20,000 nucleotides of DNA from an uncultured virus (IMG/VR IMGVR_UViG_3300025502_000013) (lineage: Duplodnaviria; Heunggongvirae; Uroviricota; Caudoviricetes), in IMG/VR virus record IMGVR_UViG_3300025502_000013. The stretch is one strand, 5' to 3'. The translations under genes were made by a program, and so were the position numbers. Within the stretch, counting starts at the first letter, position 1, and each line of letters begins with the position of its first letter. This document shows positions 1 to 8,609 of this stretch, one piece after another. The notes beneath the pieces were generated by a model, which was given only the letters and a program-made list of their open reading frames with translations, searched no databases and was not told the origin of the DNA.

Positions 1-50
1 CCCCGAAGAGGTCACACTAACGCTAGTGACAGATTGGAAGGTTGATCAAC

Positions 51-1301
51 GTGGCAACTAGAAGACGCGCGGCCAGTAAAACTATGACAGGAGCTGTGTC
101 TGACCTGCAGAGACGAGTTAGGTACCTTCAAGCCTCCACCCCACCCTCCCGGCTAGCTACACAGGTGGTGGCGAGAACAAACGTCCGGCCTCGGGCAATT
201 AACTCAGATCAGATTGAGCTGGCTGCTGTGACAAATGACCAGATCGCAGCAGATGCTGTAAAACTGTCAAACATGGGCACCAACTCGGTAGGGGAGGGTC
301 AAATTGTAGATGGCTCTGTCAGCAATGGAAAGCTAGCAGAGGACTCTGTGAGCGGCGATAAAATTCAAATTGACGCCATTACTACAAGCAAAGTCAACAA
401 CTCAGCAATTACTACTGCAAAATTGGCTAACTCTTCTGTTAATGATTCTAAAATAACAAGCAATGCTGTTACAGAAGAAAAAATTAGAAACGGAGCGGTA
501 GGAAGAAGTAAGCTACAAAATAATTCAGTAGGAAGAGATCAAATTGATAGCCGCGCCGTGGGTACAGCTCAAATTGCTGACAATGCCGTGGGCTCGGGGC
601 AAATTGCGGGGAGCGCTGTGGGCTCGGGGCAGCTCGGTAATGGGTCTGTTACCAGCTCAAAGATTGGTTCTGGGCAGGTTGGCAGGGCCCAAATTGCAAA
701 CGGGTCTGTTACGGAGGATAAGATTGGCAATAACCAGGTTACTAGTGCTAAAATTAGCAATGATACGAAAAGACTTATTGTAAGCGTCGGTCTTTCTGCT
801 GGCGCGGGTATAACTAAAAGCGGCTATACCGTCGGGGTTAACTTTGGTGGCGGGAGCACACAGGTGGCACGAGGCAACCACACGCACGGCTACACCAACA
901 GCTTTTACACTAGAGACTATGCGGGCAGGGGGCTGACAAATATTGTTAATTATAGTACGAGAACAAGTGCACCGTCGACAAGGCGTGTGAAGAAAAATAT
1001 TGAGACGCACACACCTAGTAATATTAAAAACTTATTAGACTTAGAACCAAAAAAGTACAAGTACAAAAGGTCAGAAAGAGCCTCTCACGAATCTTTAAAT
1101 AAAGAGTGGATGCATGGCTACATTGCAGAAGAACTTATCGATTTGGGGTTCCCTGAGCCAGTAGGCTACGACGCAGAGGGGCGACCAGCAAGTTTAGACT
1201 ACGGTCTTATGTCCATGCTGGTACTTGAGCTAGTAAAAGTACAGCAGGATGAGATAAACTTGCTCAGAGAAGAAGTTTTAATACTTAAGGACAAAAAATG
1301 A
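51..1301 (+). CDS. Phage tail fibre/spike-like protein with decapeptide repeats and C-terminal Peptidase_S74-type intramolecular chaperone
   Basis: 19 unbroken 10-aa repeats of consensus x[SA]VxxxK/QIxx. The C-terminus has PSTRRVKKNI...YKYK...GYIAEE...LDYG followed by a coiled coil, typical of S74 chaperones. GTG at 51 is preferred over TTG at 42 because GGAAGG (36-41) is correctly spaced for it. Confidence 0.8.
   Translation: MATRRRAASKTMTGAVSDLQRRVRYLQASTPPSRLATQVVARTNVRPRAINSDQIELAAVTNDQIAADAVKLSNMGTNSVGEGQIVDGSVSNGKLAEDSVSGDKIQIDAITTSKVNNSAITTAKLANSSVNDSKITSNAVTEEKIRNGAVGRSKLQNNSVGRDQIDSRAVGTAQIADNAVGSGQIAGSAVGSGQLGNGSVTSSKIGSGQVGRAQIANGSVTEDKIGNNQVTSAKISNDTKRLIVSVGLSAGAGITKSGYTVGVNFGGGSTQVARGNHTHGYTNSFYTRDYAGRGLTNIVNYSTRTSAPSTRRVKKNIETHTPSNIKNLLDLEPKKYKYKRSERASHESLNKEWMHGYIAEELIDLGFPEPVGYDAEGRPASLDYGLMSMLVLELVKVQQDEINLLREEVLILKDKK
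192..761 (+). repeat. Coding tandem repeat, 19 x 30 bp (10 aa)
   Basis: Strict 10-aa periodicity from RAINSDQIEL to NQVTSAKISN. GTGGGCTCGGGGCA occurs at 588 and again at 618, exactly 30 bp apart. Confidence 0.9.
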
Positions 1302-1669
1302 ACTATTTATTTGAATACGATACTCCTGAAGCAGTAAACGAAAGTGTTTCTGCTTTTAGACCCCGCTGGGTGAAGTCTGTTGTTGACTCTGATGGCGTGG
1401 AGCAACGGATTATTTTGGACTTTGCTAACACCCAAGAGCGGGAGTTTTTAACGACAGAGCAGGTCTACGTTCACCTTGACAATCTTGTTCTTTATATTAA
1501 GGATGTCTCTCAACTTATCACCCCTATTCGTCTCGACGACAGTGTTCCTACTGATGGTTGGCATTTAAATGGCGGTTGGGGCGAAATAGAGTGGGCCAAA
1601 GAAGAAACTCTTCGTTGGTGGGAGTCTGTGTACTATAAAGACGAAGAGGCCGAAGAGGAAATAGCATAG
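1298..1669 (+). CDS. Hypothetical protein (acidic, Trp-rich C-terminus)
   Basis: ATGA overlap with the fibre gene and AAGGA SD upstream. 123-aa ORF with no recognised family. Confidence 0.75.
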   Translation: MNYLFEYDTPEAVNESVSAFRPRWVKSVVDSDGVEQRIILDFANTQEREFLTTEQVYVHLDNLVLYIKDVSQLITPIRLDDSVPTDGWHLNGGWGEIEWAKEETLRWWESVYYKDEEAEEEIA

Positions 1670-2139
1670 TGTATGAAGTCAAGGATGGCTCTCGAACTCT
1701 GCAGTTCAGCGGAAAGCTTTTAGGTGCATCTTCTTCATGGAGGCCCAACGCGGTTCGGTGGATCGAGTTTAAGCTGTACAAAACCGAAAGTGGTTCATAT
1801 ATAGTATCTAGGGTCGGAGTTTCTAATGTATATCACGGGGCCGCGTGTAATTTTGTTAGTAAGTATAGGTTAAACGAGGCTTCTCCAAGCTCTTTAAGAC
1901 CTGACGCCACCCCTTGCGAGGAGTGCGTTCCTTCAAAAGCCCTGCCCTTTATTTTTCCGGAGAAAGACAGGACTCGTGCCCACGTAGTCGACACGCCCGA
2001 AGATGTTATCGACATTCTGCATAAAAAATCCCCGAGTGGTAGTTTTTATCTCACTAAAGTAGCCAGGAAACTTTTAGAAGCAGCAACCAATTATGATGAA
2101 CAACTAGATATGGTGTATCGTATAGAGATTATTCCCTGA
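1669..2139 (+). CDS. Hypothetical phage protein with possible H-x3-C...CxxC metal site
   Basis: GTG start overlaps the upstream TAG, with a GAGG SD. Contains YHGAAC and PCEEC. Confidence 0.75.
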   Translation: MYEVKDGSRTLQFSGKLLGASSSWRPNAVRWIEFKLYKTESGSYIVSRVGVSNVYHGAACNFVSKYRLNEASPSSLRPDATPCEECVPSKALPFIFPEKDRTRAHVVDTPEDVIDILHKKSPSGSFYLTKVARKLLEAATNYDEQLDMVYRIEIIP

Positions 2140-2156
2140 CACAGCTTTAGGAAAAA

Positions 2157-3992
2157 ATGACACAAAAGACAACTGGGCCACTATCCCAGACTGAGGCAGA
2201 GCTTATTGAGAGCACTGAAGATGCTCAAAGCTTCATTGAGTGGATTCGCAACAAGAACCCCAACAGCCCTCTCGCTATTGATATTGAAACCGGGCAACTT
2301 CCCGGTCGGATGAAGAAAGATGCTCTGTCCCCCTGGCGTGGTCAGATCAGGCTTGTTCAGGTAGGAGACTCCCACAAAGCGTGGGCTATGGCCTGGCCTC
2401 ACTGGTCTGGTGTGTTCTACGAGGCCATGAATTTATTTCCTGGTCCACTTGTTTTTCACAACATCTCTTTTGAAAATAAGTGGTTTAGGCTTCAAAGCGA
2501 CTGGGAGATTCCCTGGCACAGGGCTCATGACACCATGATCCTTGCTTCGGTCCTTTTTCCCAGTGAGCCCAGCGTTGGTCTTAAAAAGCTTGCCGAAAAG
2601 TATATCGACCCTGCGGCTGGTAGTGGTGAAGATATTTTGCAGAGTGAGATGCGTAAGCACGGATTTGACTGGGGGACTGTTCCGCAAAACTTTCTTCCCT
2701 ACTGGTCGTATGGGGCTCTTGACACCATCATTACGGCTCGGATGTGGGAGCTTCTTTACCCTCAGTGCGGGGAAGGCGGACTCTACGCCAAAGCTTACGA
2801 GCTAGAAATGAATGTCCGTCGCATTGCCGACGAAATGGAATTAAACGGTGCACGCATTGATCTAGGGTACGTCGAGGTCCGGAACAGAGAGATGCGAGGC
2901 GAGGCAGAGCGGGTCAAGCACCAGGTGCAGGAAGAATACGGGGTGCTGATTTCTAGCCCAAGCCAGGTAGGTAAAAAGCTTATGTCACTAGGAGCAGAGC
3001 TGGCGCTGACGGCCAAGAAGAATGTGTCTGTAGACAAACACCAATTAGATGTGGTTTTGCGCTCCGGAATACCTGAGGCAGAGAATCTTGCAAGGCTTGT
3101 GATTAAACACAGAGACTTAGAAAAAATGTGCGCTGCGTACCTTGAAAATTTTATGGAGCAAAACATTGATGAAGTTTTGCACCCCTCTATTCGGACCATA
3201 GGTGCTCGCACTTCTCGCATGTCTATCCGTGACCCGGCTCTGCAGACACTACCAAGTAATGATGCAGACATACGTAGAGCATTTATTCCCCGGAAGCCTG
3301 GTTGGAAAATTATTACTTCTGACCTGGACCAAGTCGAGTTTAGGATGTTTGCCTCGTACTCCAAAGATCCAGGGCTTATTGAGATGTTTCGCCTTGCGGA
3401 TGAGACGGGCTCGGATGCATTTACCCAGATTGGTAGGCAGGTGTATCAAGATGAGAATATGCAAAAATCAGATTCTCGCAGGGGTTTGATTAAGGGAGTC
3501 ATCTACGGACGCCTCTACGGAGCGGGTGTGGCTAAACAAGCAGCAACTGCAGGAGTCCCCATAGAGCAGATGCAGGCTGTTTCCGACTCTCTAGACATGA
3601 ATTACCCCGAGATGGCGGCCTTTCAAAGAACAGTGACTAACATGGGAGAAAAACTAATCAGGGAAGAGGGCGAAGGCTACATTAAGACTTGGACGGGGAG
3701 GCGCATAACGTGCGACAACGATCGGCCATATACCTTAATCAATTATCTCATTCAGGGCGGGGCTGCAGAGGTTTTTAAAAACAACCTTGTTAAACTAGAC
3801 CAGGCTAACCTGACGGATTATCTCATTGTCCCGGTGCATGACGAAATTGTCATGAATGTTCCTCCCGAGGATGTGGAGGATATCAAACACGAAGTTCAAG
3901 GATGTATGACATCGTCGGAATGGGGTGTTCCCCTAACAGCCGGGGTAGACGGTCCATATGATAATTGGGGGCAAAAGTATGCTGGAAAATAG
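2157..3992 (+). CDS. polA: Family A DNA polymerase (3'-5' exonuclease + polymerase, no 5'-3' exonuclease)
   Basis: ExoI DIETG, ExoII FHNISFE, ExoIII YGALD; motif A DLDQVEFR, motif B RGLIKGVIYGRLYG, NYLIQG, motif C VHDEI. AGGA SD upstream. Confidence 0.96.
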   Translation: MTQKTTGPLSQTEAELIESTEDAQSFIEWIRNKNPNSPLAIDIETGQLPGRMKKDALSPWRGQIRLVQVGDSHKAWAMAWPHWSGVFYEAMNLFPGPLVFHNISFENKWFRLQSDWEIPWHRAHDTMILASVLFPSEPSVGLKKLAEKYIDPAAGSGEDILQSEMRKHGFDWGTVPQNFLPYWSYGALDTIITARMWELLYPQCGEGGLYAKAYELEMNVRRIADEMELNGARIDLGYVEVRNREMRGEAERVKHQVQEEYGVLISSPSQVGKKLMSLGAELALTAKKNVSVDKHQLDVVLRSGIPEAENLARLVIKHRDLEKMCAAYLENFMEQNIDEVLHPSIRTIGARTSRMSIRDPALQTLPSNDADIRRAFIPRKPGWKIITSDLDQVEFRMFASYSKDPGLIEMFRLADETGSDAFTQIGRQVYQDENMQKSDSRRGLIKGVIYGRLYGAGVAKQAATAGVPIEQMQAVSDSLDMNYPEMAAFQRTVTNMGEKLIREEGEGYIKTWTGRRITCDNDRPYTLINYLIQGGAAEVFKNNLVKLDQANLTDYLIVPVHDEIVMNVPPEDVEDIKHEVQGCMTSSEWGVPLTAGVDGPYDNWGQKYAGK

Positions 3993-4455
3993 TGTAGGAA
4001 TCCTTGCGGTGGATCCAGGTAAGATGACGGGAATTGCTTTTCTAGTCTGGTCTGGTGTGCCACGGGAGTCTCCTGAAGCGGTATTGACCACTGAAGCAGA
4101 CGAGGTCGAATTTCCAGGGGTTATCAAAAGTGTTTTAGCGCAAAAAAACAACTTTACCGAATTTAAAGTGGTGTGCGAGCAATTTACTATAAATTTACAG
4201 ACTGCAAAAAAATCGCAGGCTCCTTTTAGCCTAGAGCAAATTGGTGTTCTGAAGTATTTATGTCGCGAGGCAGGGATTGACACAATTGCGATGCAGTCGC
4301 CCGCAGATGCAAAAAATATGTTTCCTAACCCAAAGCTAAAAAAACTTGAAATCTGGCACAAGGGGGGAGAAGGACATGCACTAGATGCTTTACGTCATGG
4401 ACTTTTGCTGCTTGTTAAGTCAAGATGGATACCTGCAGCCTTATTTGAAGAATAG
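3979..4455 (+). CDS. RuvC-like (RNase H fold) Holliday junction resolvase
   Basis: ILAVDPGKMTGIA N-terminal motif, VVCE, and C-terminal HALDALRH. ATG at 3979 overlaps the end of polA. Confidence 0.75.
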   Translation: MLENSVGILAVDPGKMTGIAFLVWSGVPRESPEAVLTTEADEVEFPGVIKSVLAQKNNFTEFKVVCEQFTINLQTAKKSQAPFSLEQIGVLKYLCREAGIDTIAMQSPADAKNMFPNPKLKKLEIWHKGGEGHALDALRHGLLLLVKSRWIPAALFEE

Positions 4456-4473
4456 AAAAAAATTTGCTATGCT
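4445..4473 (+). promoter_or_regulatory. Putative sigma-A/sigma-70 promoter for the helicase-recombination genes
   Basis: TTGAAG (4445-4450), 17-bp spacer, TATGCT (4468-4473) with an extended -10 TG at 4465-4466. AAAGGA SD precedes the ATG at 4497. Confidence 0.55.
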
Positions 4474-4496
4474 TGGCTTAGCATGAAAGGACACTA

Positions 4497-6290
4497 ATGA
4501 CAGTCTTGGCGGAAAAAACTCCAGACGATAAACATATTATTATTTACTCTGAGTGGCGCTACAAAGAGCTGTGTAAAAGCCTACCTGGATCTTCGTGGTC
4601 TGCCAGTGATTCCGTTTGGAGGGTGCCTCTAAGCTGGACAAGCTGCCTGGCTTTGCGGTCTACCTTCCGGGATACTCTGGAAATCGGCCCCGAGCTAACA
4701 GACTGGGCCTCTAAAGAGCGCCAGACCAGGATTGACCCCGCCATGGCCCTGAGGGACCTGGAAGAAGCAGAGGGGGATGAAGATTTATTCCCTCACCAGC
4801 GTGCTGGTGTTGCGTACCTTGCAACAGTCAAGCGTGCCCTGCTTGCTGACGAGCCAGGGCTTGGAAAAACTGCTCAAGCGATCCGAGCTTTAAAGAAGAT
4901 TCAAGAAAAGGGAGAAGAGGTTTTTCCTGCGCTGATTGTCTGCCCCAACACACTCAAGGGCACGTGGGAGCGTGAGTTTAAGCTGTGGTGGCCTGAGGTA
5001 AATGTAAAAGTTGTCCGTGGCACTGCCACGCAGCGGAGGAAGCAGCTAGAAGAGGAAGCCGACGTGTACGTCATCAACTGGGAGTCGCTACGCGGACACT
5101 CTAGGCTCGCTCCATACGGCTCCGTGGCGCTTGCTCGGTGTACTTCATGTGGCGGGCAAAACTCAAAAGTCTCCGAAAATCGTTGTGAGGTCCATCTACG
5201 CGAACTAAACAAAATGGACTTTAAAGCTGTGGTTGCCGACGAAATCCACAGGTCTAAAGAACCTAAGAGTAAGCAAACACGAGCACTGTGGTCTGCCACG
5301 GGCGATGCCGAGATTAGGTTTGCCCTCACCGGAACTCCTATTGCTAATAATGTTTTAGACCTGTGGCCTATTTTGCACTGGCTGAGCCCACGTGATTGGC
5401 CTAGTAAGACGAAGTGGATTGATCGAATGGTCGACACTATGCTCAATGCTTTTGGTCAGCTTATGATTATCGGAATTAAGCCGACTATGTACGAAGAATT
5501 TTATGCAACGGTAAATCCCTATATGAGGCGGATGCTGAAAGCTCGAGTTTTGCCGTGGCTTCCCGAAGTTATCAAAGAACGCCGAGATGTTGAAATGTCG
5601 CCTAAGCAGAAAAAAGCATACGACGAGATGAAAAATCTAATGATCGCACAGCTTGAGGACGGGGAGATTCTGACAGCACCCAGCGTGCTCACCCAAACTC
5701 TTCGTTTAGTCCAGTTCGCTAACTCGTACGCGTCACTCGAAATGCACCCAACTACGGGAGAGCCCAGGGCTATCCTGGCTGAGCCCTCCTGCAAGGTTGA
5801 TTCCCTGATGAGTGACATTAAGAACGGTGACTTTGAGGGCGAGTCTGTTGCCGTGTGTGCGGTGTCTCGCCAGCTTATTTACCTTCTGAGCGCCGAGCTA
5901 GACAAGGCAAAAATTCCGCATGGGCTGATCACCGGGGCTCAAGACGATATGGAGCGACAAGAAGCTATTGATAACTTCCAGGCCGGGAGGATTAAGTGGA
6001 TTCTTTTCACAGCTCAAGCGGGGGGTGTGGGTGTTACGCTTACTGCGGCCCGCAGGCTCATTATGCTGCAGCGTCCGTGGTCTTTAGTAGACTACAAACA
6101 AGCTCTTGACAGAGTACACAGGATTGGCTCAGAAATACATGATTCAATCATAGTCACGGATTACATCACAGAGAAAAGTATAGAATCCCGTATTATCAAA
6201 GTTCTTGCTAAAAAAGCAGATAATTTTGAAGAAGTAGTTCGAGACAAAGAAAAACTTATTAGCCTACTAGAGGACGAGAAAGCATCATGA
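4497..6290 (+). CDS. SNF2-family (superfamily 2) helicase/ATPase
   Basis: LFPHQ Q-motif, LLADEPGLGKT (I), IVCP (Ia), DEIH (II), LTGTP (III), AGGVGVTL (V), QALDRVHRIG (VI). Confidence 0.95.
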   Translation: MTVLAEKTPDDKHIIIYSEWRYKELCKSLPGSSWSASDSVWRVPLSWTSCLALRSTFRDTLEIGPELTDWASKERQTRIDPAMALRDLEEAEGDEDLFPHQRAGVAYLATVKRALLADEPGLGKTAQAIRALKKIQEKGEEVFPALIVCPNTLKGTWEREFKLWWPEVNVKVVRGTATQRRKQLEEEADVYVINWESLRGHSRLAPYGSVALARCTSCGGQNSKVSENRCEVHLRELNKMDFKAVVADEIHRSKEPKSKQTRALWSATGDAEIRFALTGTPIANNVLDLWPILHWLSPRDWPSKTKWIDRMVDTMLNAFGQLMIIGIKPTMYEEFYATVNPYMRRMLKARVLPWLPEVIKERRDVEMSPKQKKAYDEMKNLMIAQLEDGEILTAPSVLTQTLRLVQFANSYASLEMHPTTGEPRAILAEPSCKVDSLMSDIKNGDFEGESVAVCAVSRQLIYLLSAELDKAKIPHGLITGAQDDMERQEAIDNFQAGRIKWILFTAQAGGVGVTLTAARRLIMLQRPWSLVDYKQALDRVHRIGSEIHDSIIVTDYITEKSIESRIIKVLAKKADNFEEVVRDKEKLISLLEDEKAS

Positions 6291-7216
6291 CCCAGCCAGT
6301 AAGACTTTCAAACTCTGAGATTCAAACTTTTAAGGATTGTCGCCGACGTTGGTGGTTTACCTACTACCGCAGGCTCCAGCCTAAAGAGAAGCAGCGCACT
6401 GGCGCACTGGCTCTTGGATCACGCATTCATGAGGCCCTGGATCAGCATTACTCTACGGGTAAGTCTCTTCTTGAGGCCCACAGCGCATTGGTCGAGGAAG
6501 AGAAGAAATCTTTGCTATCGGAGTTTAAGGATGTTGCTTCTCTTGAAAATGAGGCCGAGCTGGGCCACATTATGCTTGAGGGCTACCTGCAGTGGGTAGA
6601 GGAAAACGGCATTGACGTCGAACTAGATATTATCTCCACTGAAGAAATTATCACTGTGCCCTTGTTTAACGGTGAGGTCGAGCTCACAGGTAAACTAGAT
6701 ATGCGGGTCCGTCGCAAGATTGACGGTGTCCGGATGTTCAGAGATTTTAAGACCGTAGGGGGCTCTCTCAGCGACTTTGCAAACCTTGCTCCGATGAATG
6801 AGCAGGTTCTCACCTACATGACCTTGGAAATCCTTAAAGAGGGGGAAGAGAACCGCTCTGAGGGTGGCCTCTTTACGCTACTTAAAAAGGTTAAAAGGAC
6901 CGCTGCAGCTAAGCCTCCGTTCTACGATCAGATCGAGGTCCGGCACAACGTCTTTACTTTAAGGTCGTTCTGGGATAGACTTCACGGAACAATTGCTGAT
7001 TTGATGAGAGTCCGCAAAGCCCTCGATGAAGGAGAAAGTCATGCATACAACGCATACCCAAGTCCTACTCGAGATTGTAAGTGGAAATGCCAGTTCTACA
7101 ATGTGTGTACTTTAGTAGACGACGGAAGCGCCTCAGAAAGCGCAATAGAACAAATGTATGATGTAGCCGACCCCTATGCCTACTATGGCGAGGGTGATAA
7201 GAAAGGAAGCGATTAA
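6287..7216 (+). CDS. PD-(D/E)XK exonuclease, Cas4/AddB/RecB-like, with four-Cys Fe-S staple
   Basis: LSNSEIQTFKDC, GSRIHEAL, GKLD, DFKT, QxxxY, and C-terminal CKWKCQFYNVC. ATGA overlap with the helicase gene. Confidence 0.88.
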   Translation: MTQPVRLSNSEIQTFKDCRRRWWFTYYRRLQPKEKQRTGALALGSRIHEALDQHYSTGKSLLEAHSALVEEEKKSLLSEFKDVASLENEAELGHIMLEGYLQWVEENGIDVELDIISTEEIITVPLFNGEVELTGKLDMRVRRKIDGVRMFRDFKTVGGSLSDFANLAPMNEQVLTYMTLEILKEGEENRSEGGLFTLLKKVKRTAAAKPPFYDQIEVRHNVFTLRSFWDRLHGTIADLMRVRKALDEGESHAYNAYPSPTRDCKWKCQFYNVCTLVDDGSASESAIEQMYDVADPYAYYGEGDKKGSD

Positions 7217-7977
7217 TGTCCCAAGTACAACGTTCACTGACCGTAATGGTCTACGGAGATTCAAAAGTTGGCAAGTCTACTTTTGCAGTCACTGCCCCGT
7301 ACCCACGTCTGATGCTAGACGTAGAAGGCGGCCACCGCTTTCTTCCTATTGTTGCTAAATACTGGGACCCTATGCGTGAAGAGCCTCCAATGGCTGACGG
7401 CACGTGGGACACAGTAGTGGTGACAGTCCGAGACTACGACACGGTGCTGAAGGCCTACCAGTGGCTTCAAGCGGGTAAGCACCACTTTAAGAGCTTGATT
7501 ATTGACTCTATCTCGGAGCTTCAGGTGAAGGCAATGGACAGCATTGCCGGAACCGAGCAGATGAAGATGCAGCAGTGGGGCGAGCTTTTGCGCCACATGG
7601 GCTCTCTCTTGCGGGATCTTCGTGACCTGACGATGCACCCTACAAACCCACTAGAGGCAGTTGTCTTGACAGCTATGTCTAGGGTTGGGCAGGACGGGTC
7701 ACACCGTCCTTACTTGCAGGGCCAGCTTGCTATTCAAGCTCCATATTTTTACGATATTCTGGGAGCCCTCACCATTGAGGAGTTCCAGAACCCGGACCCC
7801 ATGCAGCCTCCATACAAACTGCGTCGCATGTACGTTGAGCGAACAAAGGAGTATGAGGCCGGGGAACGAGTGCAGGGCCGACTAGGCGCAATCGTGGAAC
7901 AGGATAAGCTCTCTATTGAGGTTATGCTGGACACCATTTTTGGGCCAAGGCAAGCTACTGCACAGACAACTGAATAA
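7216..7977 (+). CDS. AAA_24/Sak4-like P-loop ATPase (single-strand annealing recombinase)
   Basis: Walker A VYGDSKVGKST, LDVEGG, Walker B LIIDSISE. It lies between an exonuclease and an SSB-like gene, as in known Sak4 modules. Confidence 0.82.
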   Translation: MSQVQRSLTVMVYGDSKVGKSTFAVTAPYPRLMLDVEGGHRFLPIVAKYWDPMREEPPMADGTWDTVVVTVRDYDTVLKAYQWLQAGKHHFKSLIIDSISELQVKAMDSIAGTEQMKMQQWGELLRHMGSLLRDLRDLTMHPTNPLEAVVLTAMSRVGQDGSHRPYLQGQLAIQAPYFYDILGALTIEEFQNPDPMQPPYKLRRMYVERTKEYEAGERVQGRLGAIVEQDKLSIEVMLDTIFGPRQATAQTTE

Positions 7978-8014
7978 TCCATCAACAATACAGATCGAAG
8001 CTAAGGAAAAAATA

Positions 8015-8542
8015 ATGGGTACTAATGTTAATTTCGGGCACATTCTGGAAAATGTTTCAGATGCACCTGATTACTCTCCGTTGCCAGATGGTGACTACGA
8101 CCTGGCGGTGTTGAGCTGCGACGTCGCTACCACGCAAACTGGTAAGTACATGCTCAAGCTGAAGACGCAGGTGGCCTCTGGGTCGCACGAGCGTCGGCTT
8201 CTGTGGGACAACCTTGTGTTCTCCACAGACAACCCTAAGGCTATGGGCATCATTCAGGGAAAGTTGAACGCTCTTGGGCTCACCCCTGACTACCTGAAGC
8301 AGAACAACCCCGACCTGGAGACGATTGCCAACACTCTTGTCAATCGCACCTTCCGGGCCAAGGTTGGTCAGAGCGAGTACCAGGGGAAGATGCGTAACGA
8401 GATGAAGGCCTACTACCCGGCCACTTCAGCGGCTACGGCACCGGCTCCTGCCCCAGCAGCACCCCCCGCCCCACCCGTAGCAGCCGGAGCGGCAGTACCA
8501 CCGCCACCTCCAATTGCCACGCCAGGGCAGCCTCCGTTCTAA
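8015..8542 (+). CDS. DUF669-like phage single-stranded DNA-binding protein
   Basis: YSPLPDGDY...GKYMLKLK...RLLWDNL...EYQGKMRNEMK pattern, then a Pro/Ala tail ending in PPF. ATG at 8015 has a TAAGGA SD; the ORF track extends the frame back to 7916. Confidence 0.78.
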   Translation: MGTNVNFGHILENVSDAPDYSPLPDGDYDLAVLSCDVATTQTGKYMLKLKTQVASGSHERRLLWDNLVFSTDNPKAMGIIQGKLNALGLTPDYLKQNNPDLETIANTLVNRTFRAKVGQSEYQGKMRNEMKAYYPATSAATAPAPAPAAPPAPPVAAGAAVPPPPPIATPGQPPF

Positions 8543-8553
8543 ACACTGTGGCA

Positions 8554-8586
8554 GAGGGGCATCATCCTACCGGGATGGTGCCCCTC
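8554..8586 (+). terminator. GC-rich stem-loop without U-tract (terminator or mRNA-stabilising hairpin)
   Basis: GAGGGGCATCATCC-TACCG-GGATGGTGCCCCTC forms a 14-bp stem with one G:U pair, 11 nt after the SSB stop. Confidence 0.7.
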
Positions 8587-8609
8587 ACTATAAGGAAAGT
8601 AAAAACATA

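Noticed and set aside
2795..5818. Long antisense ORFs (2795-3364, 3933-4361, 4901-5446, 5519-5818)
   Set aside because: They lie opposite well-supported genes and have no recognisable motifs, so they are typical shadow ORFs.
2157..6290. Inteins or introns in the polymerase or helicase
   Set aside because: Motif spacing and lengths are normal, and there are no splice-junction or homing-endonuclease motifs.
7203..7213. AAGGAAGCGAT shared with the minus-strand leader at 14149-14159
   Set aside because: Most of the match is the SD itself. Two copies of an 11-mer are not enough to call a regulatory motif.
6287..7216. Cas4-like nuclease as evidence of a CRISPR-Cas system
   Set aside because: There is no cas1/cas2 and no repeat-spacer array in the window. 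The context is a standard phage recombination module.
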